A stretch of 64,000 bases of DNA from Desulfobacterales bacterium. Lineage in GTDB: Bacteria > Desulfobacterota > Desulfobacteria > Desulfobacterales > UBA2245. The position numbers were made by a program, and so were the translations under genes. Positions 50,663 through 60,150 of the stretch are shown in pieces (the stretch's first letter is position 1; each line of letters starts with the position of its first letter). The DNA is taken from assembly GCA_040771865.1 (NCBI GenBank), contig JAXGZF010000004.1, positions 353,916-417,915 on the forward strand, in the 5' to 3' direction. The notes under the pieces were generated by a model. It saw only the letters and a program-made list of their open reading frames with translations, was not told the DNA's origin and did not search any database.

Positions 50663-53380
50663 GGTTCGACTTTATCCGGCGGTATAAGAAGGCCTATCCA
50701 GTTGCCTTGATGTGCAAGGTGCTGCAGGTAAGCCGGAGCGGTTTCTATGACTACGAGCGCTATCGTCATCAGCGGCTGAGTCCGAACCCCGAGCATGTGG
50801 CCCTTGAGGCCAGGGCCAAAAAGATTTTCCAGATTTCGAAGGAAACTTACGGATCTCGTCGTATGGTCAAGGGCTTGGAGCAAGCTGGTTACGATGTCGG
50901 CCGGTACAGGGTCCGCAGTCTGATGCGCAGGCTTGGTCTAAAGGCCAAAACGCCGAGGCGCTACAAGGTGACCACCGACAGCAATCACAAGCATCCGGTG
51001 GCCCCCAACCGCCTTGATCGGCAATTCGAAGTGGATACCCCCAACCGGGTGTGGACTACCGACATAAGTGTGCCGCAGAAAGCGGCGTAGGAGATGAGAG
51101 AGGTTTTTTTTACAAAACCGGTCTCTCGCAACCGACTTGCAGGAGTAGGTTGCAAACCACCGCAAGCGGCTTGGGTCAAAAGCTCTGGTCGTGAGCGTTG
51201 CGGAAAAGGTGCCTGAAGGCATCAGGTGAGGACCACAGAAGGCGAACAACCGTGAACTGCCGTTCAAGTGTCGAAAGTGTTCAGATGACGTCAAAACCGG
51301 ATCTTTATGTTAATCCGGGACGAGCATGGCGGGTGCCTGTTTATTGGCCATGCGACGTCCGGCATAGAGGCAGCGCCAGCTTGGTTCGGGCTCCTATGTT
51401 GAACTGCGGGAACCTTCGGTTGCGATGTAAAGGGAAAGGCGCAAGCGGAAAATGCGAGGCTGATAGTACCGAAGCGCAGCCAAGGGGCGGAGCGACTCGT
51501 AGTAGTGATGAAGTTGCTGTAATGGCAATGGAGCGAAGGGGTCGCGTTACCCTGTCTGAGGCATGTGCCAACTGTGAAAACAGGAGGAGCATATTCCAAT
51601 GACAAAGCCTTTTAATATTCCCAAAGCACTTGTTTGGAAAGCATTCAAACAAGTTAAAGCCAATGGAGGTTCGGCTGGAGTAGACAAGGAATCAATCGAG
51701 ATGTTTGAAGGCAATCTCAGCGGCAACCTGTATAAACTTTGGAACCGTCTTGGTTCAGGTAGTTATTTTCCGCCGCCCGTCAAAGGCGTGCCTATTCCGA
51801 AGAAGTCAGGTGGAGTGCGGATGCTGGGAGTACCGACGGTCGCAGATCGGGTGGCACAAACGGTGGTCAAGAATGTTTTAGAACCCATCCTGGAACCCCT
51901 GTTTCATCGCAACTCCTATGGGTATCGACCTGGAAAATCAGCGCTCGATGCAGTAGCAATGGTACGGCGGCGAAGCTGGGAGTATGACTGGGTTGTCGAG
52001 TACGACATAAAAGGACTCTTCGACAATATTGATCATGAACTGCTTCTCCGGGCGCTGCGCAAGCATTGTCAGACTCCGTGGATACTTCTTTATATCGAAA
52101 GATGGCTGAAGGCTCCCATGGAGGGTGAAGACGGAAAGCTGGTGGAAAGGGCAAAAGGCACTCCACAAGGAGGCGTCGTAAGTCCGCTATTGGCCAACCT
52201 CTTCCTCCATTATGCTCTGGATGTGTGGCTTGTCCGGAATATGCGAAGTGTACGATTTGTCCGCTACGCAGATGATGGAGTCATCCATTGCAAGAGCGAG
52301 GAGCAGGCAAAACTTGTAATGCGTATGGTGCAGTACAGACTACGCGAGTGCAGACTTGAAATGCATCCGGAGAAAAGCCGGATAGTCTACTGTAAGGATG
52401 TCAACCGGCAGGAGGTCTATCCTGTGATTCAGTTTACGTTTCTTGGGTATTGCTTCCGTCCGCGTAAAGCTGTGGATAAGTACGGCCGGGTTTATGTGAA
52501 CTTTGCCCCTGCAGTAAGTCGCGAGGCGCTGAAGGCCATGCGGCAAACCGTAAGGGGATGGCATATCCAGTTGAAGTGCGACAAGTCGCTTCAGGACCTT
52601 TCGAACATGTTCAATCCAGTGATTCGCGGCTGGAAGAACTATTACGGGCGATTCCATTCTTCTGCGATGAAACCTCTTTGGCGGAGCATTAATGCGTACT
52701 TGGCAAGGTGGCTGATGCGAAAATATAAGCATTTAGCAAAACACCGAACCAGGGCGTATCGGGAATTATCTCGCCTGGCTGTAAAGTTGCCAGGGATGTT
52801 TGTGCAATGGGAATCGAGATTTCTCTCATAGGCTGGGTAATGGGAGCCGGATGAGCTGAGAGGTTCACGTCCGGTTCTGCGAGGGGCTAAGGCTGCAATG
52901 CCTTGGTCTACTCACCCGTACGTTTGGACGCTTGAGGGCTGGTTGTTTCTGGCGGTGGTCATGGACCTTTTTTCTCGTCAGATCATCGGCTGGGCGATGG
53001 ATGCGCGGATGAAGGTGCAACTGGTCATCGACGCCCTGGCGATGGCCTATTGGCGCCGCAAGCCGGCTGAGGGATTATTGCATCACAGTGACCGAGGCAG
53101 CCAGTATGCCTGTGAAAGGTATCAGAGTCAGTTGAAGCAGTATGGGATGATCGCGAGCATGAGTCGCAAGGGCAACTGCTGGGACAATGCCCCGACCGAG
53201 AGGTTCTTTGGCAGTCTTAAATCCGAGCACCTGGCCGACTTTCGCTTCGTTACCCGCAACGAGGCCAGAAGGGAGATTCTGGAGTACATCACCTTCTATA
53301 ACGTGTATCGCTCGCACTCATCACTGGGATACGTCAGTCCAATGGAATATGAAAGGCAACAGTGGGTGAAGATGGCTTAA
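50659..53380 (+). CDS. IS3 transposase OrfB (DDE integrase core) split by the intron: exons 50659-51067 and 52917-53380
   Basis: Joined exons read WTTDITYVWTLEGWLFLAVVMD...HSDRGSQY...CWDNAPTERFF with no other lesion seen. Confidence 0.88.
51068..52916 (+). mobile_element. Group II intron, RmInt1-like (bacterial class D), 1849 nt
   Basis: 5' GTGTG; 34-nt domain V at 52844-52877 (GAGCCGGATGAGCTGAGAGGTTCACGTCCGGTTC); domain VI ending CTACTCACC; removal restores the OrfB frame. Confidence 0.93.
51599..52831 (+). CDS. ltrA: Group II intron reverse transcriptase/maturase without endonuclease domain
   Basis: AGVD, IPKKSGG.R.LGVPT..DR, GTPQGG, RYADD, FLGY, maturase X (RGWKNYY); no HNH tail. Confidence 0.95.
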   Translation: MTKPFNIPKALVWKAFKQVKANGGSAGVDKESIEMFEGNLSGNLYKLWNRLGSGSYFPPPVKGVPIPKKSGGVRMLGVPTVADRVAQTVVKNVLEPILEPLFHRNSYGYRPGKSALDAVAMVRRRSWEYDWVVEYDIKGLFDNIDHELLLRALRKHCQTPWILLYIERWLKAPMEGEDGKLVERAKGTPQGGVVSPLLANLFLHYALDVWLVRNMRSVRFVRYADDGVIHCKSEEQAKLVMRMVQYRLRECRLEMHPEKSRIVYCKDVNRQEVYPVIQFTFLGYCFRPRKAVDKYGRVYVNFAPAVSREALKAMRQTVRGWHIQLKCDKSLQDLSNMFNPVIRGWKNYYGRFHSSAMKPLWRSINAYLARWLMRKYKHLAKHRTRAYRELSRLAVKLPGMFVQWESRFLS

Positions 53381-53412
53381 CCGAGAGTGTCCGTTTTTAC
53401 TTGACCACAACA

Positions 53413-53625
53413 CCTCGAACTATCTTGTCCAAGTGCCTGTGAAGGCTCTCTTCCTCAATTTTGATGATCTGCGCACATTTTGACTCTTCTATTTCTCCTC
53501 TGCTCCTGCTATCCTGCATCTGCAGCCCTCCTTCTGGTCAATGATTTGTTCTTTGACAAACTCAAACCATACCAGATCGGGGGCTCCATCTCTTTCAAAA
53601 TGTGCGAAAAATTTTATACCTTATC
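53413..53625 (-). pseudogene. 5' remnant of an IS256-like element truncated at the IS3 right end
   Basis: AAGGAGG RBS, ATG 53519, MQDSRSRGEIEESKCAQIIKIEEESLHRHLDKIVRG; candidate IR GATAAGGTATAAAATTTTTCGCACATT starting at 53625. Confidence 0.6.
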
Positions 53626-53667
53626 TGAACTCAAAACAAAGAAACAGCACCTGCGGGAATTCTCAAA

Positions 53668-53964
53668 TCAGGAATTGTCCCTTAGAACTTCATAGGAAGA
53701 AACCGTGAGCACCTTGATTCCATCCTCATCTTCGACAAATCCGGTAACACGAACCCGTGTGTCGACAAATTCAACAAGCTGATCACCAACATCGTTGACC
53801 GCAATCTCGTAAACCTGCCCATCAGCGGCTACGAGTTGATAATTTATGATCGTTCCCTCTACCGTGAGGCTTTCCGAATCTGCGACAGCAATAGTGATGA
53901 ACATCAACACCATTGCCACTGTAAAAACCATGCCCCTCAATCCATTATGATTCTTCATTGCCAT
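53668..53964 (-). CDS. Small secreted hypothetical protein (beta-rich, possibly OB-like)
   Basis: Signal peptide ending AVA-D, then an acidic beta-strand pattern. Confidence 0.75.
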   Translation of the reverse strand: MAMKNHNGLRGMVFTVAMVLMFITIAVADSESLTVEGTIINYQLVAADGQVYEIAVNDVGDQLVEFVDTRVRVTGFVEDEDGIKVLTVSSYEVLRDNS

Positions 53965-54016
53965 GCCCTTTATTATGTAAAAATGTTGATAATGGTGATC
54001 ATTGATTACATTTTAA

Positions 54017-54032
54017 AGCAAAAGACATACCA
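54017..54032 (-). promoter_or_regulatory. Putative sigma54 promoter of the small secreted protein gene
   Basis: Minus strand TGGTATGTCTTTTGCT (GG-N10-GC), about 50 bp upstream of the start codon. Confidence 0.6.
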
Positions 54033-54372
54033 ATAATTAAGTATTTAGAATCATAATATATTCACAGGATGAAACCATAATCGGAACTTAAAATTCCGTT
54101 TATGTTGCGACCGAACTCACAGTATTTGGTTTTGGATATAAGAATCTTTAAGTGTTGCAGGAAAAAATGGGCTGCAAATAAAAGAACTCGGGGTTCCGCT
54201 TTTGAATTTTCAGAATTAATTATTCCGATACAAAGGCAAATTCAACTCAACGAATCTGATTTCATAAAAAAACAAATATCATTTGAGCTAATTTCAAAAG
54301 TCGAAAACTCATCCAGAATTATTTTCAAGAACCAACAGGTGGTCTGGAACAGGTGGTCTGGATTCTTCGGAC

Positions 54373-54588
54373 AGGAAACAGGGTCTAAACGCGCCATGTG
54401 CATTTCATCATGTGATCATCAGGTGAATCGAACGACGGAAGATTTTTCGATCCGACTCTGACCGGATGAATTTTCTAAATCGACTCTCGAAGTTGGCGCC
54501 GGAAACAAAAACAGAGTGTTTCGCCTGGGCGATTCTGCCGAACCACGGCCATCTATTGCTGAGAACCGGTATGACAAAGCCAAAATAA
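54373..54588 (+). pseudogene. Y1 HUH (IS200/RAYT-like) transposase N-terminal remnant
   Basis: APCAFHHVIIR*IERRKIFRSDSDRMNFLNRL...CFAWAILPNHGHLLLRTG with an internal TGA at 54424-54426. Confidence 0.75.
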
Positions 54589-54596
54589 TCAGAACC

Positions 54597-55718
54597 TTAT
54601 TGGTTATTCTGAATAAGTTGCAGCGTTAACTTGGCAACATAGAATGCCTCTGCGGCAAAAGCTTTATAGCCTTTTTCCGATGTATGGAGGTGCAGCAGAT
54701 ACAGGATATCTTTCCGCCCCGCAAAATATGTCCTTGTCTCATCCTTGACTTTAAATCCCGTGAAACGGGACCAGTATGTTTTATCCCCCGGAATTTCGTA
54801 CGTCAGCAGGATATCTTTTAACGTTGTATGTGAAAGCTCATATTCCATGGATTTCAATACATTGAACACATACCCTTTTAGCAGAAACTCCGTCATTATG
54901 TCGACTGCATTCGCATCCGACCAGTCCGACGGAATACGCACCGCGGTTACATACAAAGCGGCAAGAATGTCGCTTTTAGGATCATTAGGATTCTTGTACC
55001 GGTTAAAAACGCCGATTTCGACAGGAACGCCATCCTCCGGAAGTTCGGCTGGCTCCTTCACATTGATGATTGACCAATCCTTAGGAAAAACCATCTCGAA
55101 TCTGAAATGTGGATTTTTCCTCTCCTTATAGCCATACTTGTGATACCGACTGACAACATCCTCTTGCCTTAAATCCGGAAAATCAAAAGGCAGCAATGGC
55201 TCTGCCCCATGGGCTTCCGCTTTCAATATGACCGTTGCAAAGCCTGCCGGCTCCTCAGAATATATTTCAAATGTTCCTTTGGCATTCCCCGCTTTGACAT
55301 CCGGATTCTCGACATACTGAAGCACAGGCGTCTGATAGTTGCCCGAATCGATCGAGACCGTGAACCGACTCGGCGAACTTGGCTGCCCTTTTTCTTTAAA
55401 GGCTATCTCAATGGCATTTTGGCCTATCTTGAGGCAAAACAGCTCTTTCATTTGCTTCTGCACTTCAGGAGGCAGGGTTTTTATCGCGGGGTCATCGGCC
55501 AGAAAGAGCCGGACCGCGTGAGATTGTCCCCCTTTGATCTTGCTCAAATGAATGCCGTTGATTTTTATGGTAACGTCCCGGTCATAGCCCATGACATTGA
55601 GCGATGCGTCGAATTCATTTGCCATACATGACTCCTCGATCAATAGCGATGTCGTCAATCCCGTTACAGCCAAGAGTAAAAGAAGGATCGCGGTGTTAAG
55701 ATATCTCTTCATTCCCAT
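54597..55718 (-). CDS. Hypothetical exported protein
   Basis: 373-codon ORF with a hydrophobic N-terminal signal or anchor; no motif recognised. Confidence 0.75.
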   Translation of the reverse strand: MGMKRYLNTAILLLLLAVTGLTTSLLIEESCMANEFDASLNVMGYDRDVTIKINGIHLSKIKGGQSHAVRLFLADDPAIKTLPPEVQKQMKELFCLKIGQNAIEIAFKEKGQPSSPSRFTVSIDSGNYQTPVLQYVENPDVKAGNAKGTFEIYSEEPAGFATVILKAEAHGAEPLLPFDFPDLRQEDVVSRYHKYGYKERKNPHFRFEMVFPKDWSIINVKEPAELPEDGVPVEIGVFNRYKNPNDPKSDILAALYVTAVRIPSDWSDANAVDIMTEFLLKGYVFNVLKSMEYELSHTTLKDILLTYEIPGDKTYWSRFTGFKVKDETRTYFAGRKDILYLLHLHTSEKGYKAFAAEAFYVAKLTLQLIQNNQ

Positions 55719-55806
55719 ACCCTTTCCATGCTTTCTATGATTGGCTATCTTCTTTGTTTCCCATGCTTATTGTAACAGGCATCTGCAGGTATCCACCGGC
55801 ATCTCA

Positions 55807-56106
55807 TCAGTCCAGCGTGTCGTTGAAATAACGTCTGTGCGCCGCGCAGCGACACTTCTTGTCCCACGGACGGGAGCACTGCCTGATGAGCGCGATTGTT
55901 TCGTCACCCTCCTGCTTCGATCTAGGGCCGGATACATCCACCGATTCGACTCCGGTGAAGTCATCCCACCAGCTGACAACGGTGTATACTCCGCACATAG
56001 GGCAGAGGAAATAGGAATCGGTATGTTCATCCCCCATGATGCTGCCGGAGATGGAAACAACCCGCTCTTCAATTAGAAAGGGTCTATTGCATTGAATGCA
56101 CTGCAT
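55807..56106 (-). CDS. Small Cys-rich putative zinc-binding protein
   Basis: CIQC, CPMC and C-x7-CRC-x2-H. Confidence 0.7.
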   Translation of the reverse strand: MQCIQCNRPFLIEERVVSISGSIMGDEHTDSYFLCPMCGVYTVVSWWDDFTGVESVDVSGPRSKQEGDETIALIRQCSRPWDKKCRCAAHRRYFNDTLD

Positions 56107-56256
56107 AATCATGCTTCGCAGTTTTGAAGGTTATTTGAGGGGGCAAAGTACGCTGATATTACAGCAGCAATTCTTCCGGTACAAATTACTGCGGACACCA
56201 ACATTTTAGTAACGATATGCGAAAGATAATATCCCGTCAACTGAATTCGAATCCAC

Positions 56257-56420
56257 TGTAGAGAACAAATCAAGTGTCCGGACTTGTAGCGCATGATTTG
56301 TCCGGTTTTATATGGATGGAGAGAGAAACAATTAAGACAGGCAGAGGCGATCAGGTTGTTAGGTTCATCCGAACGGACCTTCAGGCGCTGCACCGACAGG
56401 TATGAGGAGAAAGGCCTTAC
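56257..56420 (+). pseudogene. ISNCY/IS481-like element remnant (terminus plus HTH fragment)
   Basis: TGTAGAGAACAAATC...TGTCCGG repeated end motif fused to YGWREKQLRQAEAIRLLGSSERTFRRCTDRYEEKGL. Confidence 0.6.
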
Positions 56421-56766
56421 ACAGCCATATTGCCAAAGGGGTTATCATAGCTTCAGCCGTTCGCGGTCTGCCGGAGATTGTCCGTGATTTTCATTTTGAT
56501 GATTCGGCTTTTAGCTCCCTTCCTGAAGACATGATCGAGATCCCGCTCGGGATTTTTCCCCGGGAATCTGATGTCGGTATTCACTTCTGAGAGTTTATCC
56601 CCTGTAAAGGTCATGCTTTATGGGCGTTTCCACTATATAAATTGAGCTTCTTCCCCTATATACAAACGTTTTTAAACAGTGCTAAAAATTGCATCAGCTA
56701 CGGATAAATTGATAGCAATACTGTGTGAATGTGTTTTTTGAATTTCTTACAGAATGGAGGTTGATC

Positions 56767-56982
56767 ATGATTGCGTCACCCTGCAAAAGATGCCCGTTGA
56801 GAAATCAGTCAAAGGATCTGTGCATTAAAAATTGCCATAGGCTGCAGGCGGTTCAGGAGCTTTACGTGTCTCTTAAAGAGGGAGGGGAATCGGAAATTAC
56901 TTCCGCGATTGATTACTCCGACGAGGGAAGATTCAGCATCAGCAGCCTGACTGCGATAAGGTCGGGAGGACTGGCGTGCTGA
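56767..56982 (+). CDS. Small Cys-rich hypothetical protein
   Basis: GGAGG RBS; SPCKRC...C...C motif. Confidence 0.65.
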   Translation: MIASPCKRCPLRNQSKDLCIKNCHRLQAVQELYVSLKEGGESEITSAIDYSDEGRFSISSLTAIRSGGLAC

Positions 56983-57561
56983 TCGAGCCTTCCTGTATGT
57001 TCTGCGTCTGGAATGCTTTTCTGATTAAAGGCAAGGGGCTTTTCCGGGCTTGTCCCGGAAGAGCGGGAGGTTTTGCTTAATCCATGTCATCATATCTCCA
57101 AACCGGAACCGCTCTGGTTTTGTGCCCGTCGGAAGGTCCTGCGACTCCCTCCTTTTCCGTCATTTCGATAATTCCGGCAGTATTAAAATTCTAAAGTTTC
57201 GGGGACGTTTTACCCCGTCTTTTTCGATTTGCTTTTTTAAGGCGCGCATCGCAAGAGCGGCGACAGTCGTTTGACTGTGATGGAGACTGAAAATTCTGTT
57301 ATGAAGAGAAGATGCTTCGGAATTCATCGACCGCTCACGGTTTTTCACTTTGGCTTTCTTTGGACAAAATTTTGCGAATTTGCCCTTGCCTTCGAATGGC
57401 ATTTATGATCCTGTTGTCCTCATCCGGGTTCGAATACAGGGGATTTGCACCCCGCAAGATCACGCCATGCCGGGCGTACACAAATAAATTCAGCGGAAAA
57501 TGAGCCGCGCGGCTGATTTAGCAGGTTCGAAACAATCGAGAAAAGAGAAGGAGGCAAACCG

Positions 57562-58128
57562 ATGGAAACCATAACGCCTGACCGGGAAAAGGCGCTGTCT
57601 CTGCTCAAGGAATACAACAGCAACGAATCGCTCATCAAGCATGCTCTGGGGGTCGAAGGCGTCATGCGCTTTATCGCCAGGAAATACAAGGAGGACGAAG
57701 AGAAATGGGGCATCATCGGCTTGCTTCACGACCTGGACTACGAGAAATTTCCGGAACAGCACTGCGGAAAAACCAGGGAGATCATGAGAGAGCGTGGCTG
57801 GCCGGAGGAATACATCACCGCCGTTATATCCCATGGATGGGGCATCTGCAGCGATGTCGAGCCGAAAACGACTTTGGAGAAGACGCTTTATACCATCGAT
57901 GAACTGGTGGGCTTCGTCACGGCGTGCGCCCTGGTCCGCCCGTCAAAAAGCGTGATGGACCTGGAAGTGGGATCCGTGCGCAAGAAGTGGAAGCAGAAAG
58001 GTTTTGCCATGGGTGTGAATCGCGACGTTATCGAGAAAGGTTCGCAGATGCTGGGCGTCGAACTCAGCACGCTCATTTCAGATGTGATTATGGGCATGCG
58101 TGAGGTTGCCGCCGCCATCGGGTTATGA
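57562..58128 (+). CDS. HD-domain metal-dependent phosphohydrolase
   Basis: KHALGVE, GLLHDLDYE, ISHG, IDELVGF, RPSKS. Confidence 0.9.
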   Translation: METITPDREKALSLLKEYNSNESLIKHALGVEGVMRFIARKYKEDEEKWGIIGLLHDLDYEKFPEQHCGKTREIMRERGWPEEYITAVISHGWGICSDVEPKTTLEKTLYTIDELVGFVTACALVRPSKSVMDLEVGSVRKKWKQKGFAMGVNRDVIEKGSQMLGVELSTLISDVIMGMREVAAAIGL

Positions 58129-58257
58129 CGGGTCGGAAATTCCAAATACACGCTGTTTAAATGATGATATTCTTGTTGTCACCGACTTATTGCTGTCTTA
58201 TAAAAAAAGCACCGACAGAATTTTCCGGCCATCGATGACCCAAAAGAGGAGATAACT

Positions 58258-58602
58258 TTGGTTGCTCAAAAAATATCCGCATGGGAAAAGTGGATAATCA
58301 AACAGATTCATTTTCTATACAAACTCAGAAACGAGCTTGCCAAAATTGAGGATTCCTTGAAGTTGCTTCCAAGTGTGCAGGACGTCAAGGACAAAGAGCA
58401 AAAGCAGATTCAGAAGATCAGAAAGAAGCTGGAAGAAAAGCAGGAAAAAGACCCCGGAGTGTCGTTCCATGCAATTGAAGAACAGACGGATCAGGTATTT
58501 GCCCGAAACTGGAAAGAATTTGACCGCGAATTGAAAAAGGCACAGGAATCAATGGATCGAATCAAGGCCGTATTGATCGAAAAGGGTGTGTTTAATCCAT
58601 AA
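58258..58602 (+). CDS. Hypothetical coiled-coil protein
   Basis: GAGGAG RBS with TTG start; K/E/Q-rich helical sequence. Confidence 0.65.
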   Translation: MVAQKISAWEKWIIKQIHFLYKLRNELAKIEDSLKLLPSVQDVKDKEQKQIQKIRKKLEEKQEKDPGVSFHAIEEQTDQVFARNWKEFDRELKKAQESMDRIKAVLIEKGVFNP

Positions 58603-58632
58603 AATTAGAGAAACAGTGTCACCTCACGATCA

Positions 58633-59154
58633 TTAATCGGGCGGCGGCGGATAATTGGGCGGAGGCGGCGGATAATAAGGGGCCGGCGCCGAACCCGTCG
58701 AACGGGTGATCCGCCGTACGCCGGGGATCAGGTGGCCTTTTGCATACATGCACTGCATGTATGCAACGTCATAGCGATTCTGAATATTGTGATACGAATA
58801 CGACGAAGCGCTGCTGCCTGCGGCGCTGCCGAAGATAAGCCCTGATCCGGCACCTATGGCCGCGCCCGCGCCCGCATCGCCCGAAGCGCTTCCGATAATC
58901 GCCCCTGCCGCCGCGCCCACGGCTGTTCCAACAGCGGCGCTCGTTACCGCGGAGCTCTGTGCCGCCTGTTGTCCTTGCATGCCTCCCACCTGTTCGTACG
59001 CATACTGTCGGCATATCATGTCGTCGCTGCGAAATTGGTCAAAGCTCTTGTTGTCGCCGGGAAGCACCATAACGCTGGGCCCCGTCGGCATCGTCTCACA
59101 TCCTGAGAGGACGGTGATAGCAACGATGAATGAAAACATCAGCAAACGATTCAT
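58633..59154 (-). CDS. Glycine-zipper lipoprotein (YMGG-like)
   Basis: LSGC lipobox, GAAAGAIIG...GAGAAIGAG zipper, YDVAYMQCMYAKG, Pro-rich tail. Confidence 0.85.
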   Translation of the reverse strand: MNRLLMFSFIVAITVLSGCETMPTGPSVMVLPGDNKSFDQFRSDDMICRQYAYEQVGGMQGQQAAQSSAVTSAAVGTAVGAAAGAIIGSASGDAGAGAAIGAGSGLIFGSAAGSSASSYSYHNIQNRYDVAYMQCMYAKGHLIPGVRRITRSTGSAPAPYYPPPPPNYPPPPD

Positions 59155-59158
59155 AGCA

Positions 59159-59821
59159 TTAGTTCCCTGTCTCTGAAGATGGTTGCGCCGGCACCATTTG
59201 CCAGCCGCCGGGACATTCTTTCACATATGGGTAATACGCCTTTGCCTCACGACAGTAATACCAGACCCCGGGCTGAGCGGATGCGGGCCGGTCAGGATTA
59301 TGCTGAGGAGTTGCCGGCACCATTTGCCAGCCGCCGGGACATTCCTTCACATACGGGTAATATGCACTTGATTCAGGGCAGTAACGCCAGAACTCCGGCT
59401 GTACGGCGCCGGGACCGCCGGAATCGCTCCGCTCGACGTATTCTTGGGGCCTTGACGGCACGGCGGTCTCCGCCCCATAAGGGACGTAATACGGATAATA
59501 AGGATAATAGGCGGAAACATACGGGTAAGAATAAGGATAGTACAACCACGGATACCAGAACAATCCGCCAATCGTCCAGTTCCAATACCGACCCCCGTCC
59601 CGATAGTACCTGACGTAAGGCCCGCCGCTTCGATAGTGGGGGCGGGAAGGTCCGCTGCGCGGGGGACGGCTGACAAAAGGCCTGCCAGCCGGAGCGCTAC
59701 CCGAAGGACGGCTTACAGAAGGCCCGCCGCCGCGGGAAGAGCCGTTTCTTGCCTCACTGGGCGTTGGGTTTATGAGAAAGATCATTGCGAAAACAAAAGC
59801 CACGCAGGCAATCTTCTTCAT
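59159..59821 (-). CDS. Secreted Pro/Tyr-rich protein with a duplicated Cys-pair module
   Basis: Signal peptide; W[RY]YC-x4-AYYPYVKECPGGWQMVPA present twice. Confidence 0.8.
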   Translation of the reverse strand: MKKIACVAFVFAMIFLINPTPSEARNGSSRGGGPSVSRPSGSAPAGRPFVSRPPRSGPSRPHYRSGGPYVRYYRDGGRYWNWTIGGLFWYPWLYYPYSYPYVSAYYPYYPYYVPYGAETAVPSRPQEYVERSDSGGPGAVQPEFWRYCPESSAYYPYVKECPGGWQMVPATPQHNPDRPASAQPGVWYYCREAKAYYPYVKECPGGWQMVPAQPSSETGN

Positions 59822-60150
59822 AATATCACCTCTCCCCTTTATCCCGTAAACAGCTTTGAAATGATTATACCCTCCTTTTCAAGATGTTTCCATTGAATTC
59901 CGAATTCCGGTGACGCTTGGGGAGCTTAACCCATTGCTATATTTATATATAATGTACTTGATTCTCTATACTGCCTGAACGGTTTTCCTACAGAGCAGAT
60001 AGCGGGGTCGGGGTCCTGAAATGTGTTCGCTTGACAAACCGAGGTTCAGCCAATTACAAGAGATCGACGGCGCGACGATGAAGAACGGAATTTTCCGGAA
60101 CGCTTCCTGACAGTTTACAATGAGCGGGGTTGGATCTGCCCCCTTGGTTT

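Larger units (their letters stand above)
50300..53412 (+). mobile_element. IS3-family insertion sequence carrying a group II intron
   Basis: IRL TGACGTGGTTTAATTTCAACGGACAC and IRR (reverse complement) TGTTGTGGTCAAGTAAAAACGGACAC; orfA and orfB; no target duplication visible. Confidence 0.92.

Noticed and set aside
51599..52831. RT as a retron, DGR or CRISPR-associated RT
   Set aside because: Domains V and VI, the maturase domain and the exon junction identify a group II intron
54590..56260. Integron cassette array
   Set aside because: No attC-like palindromes or intI found
57000..57560. Possible ncRNA or tRNA fragment (CCGGGTTCGAAT near 57424)
   Set aside because: No cloverleaf or recognisable riboswitch; only isolated hairpins
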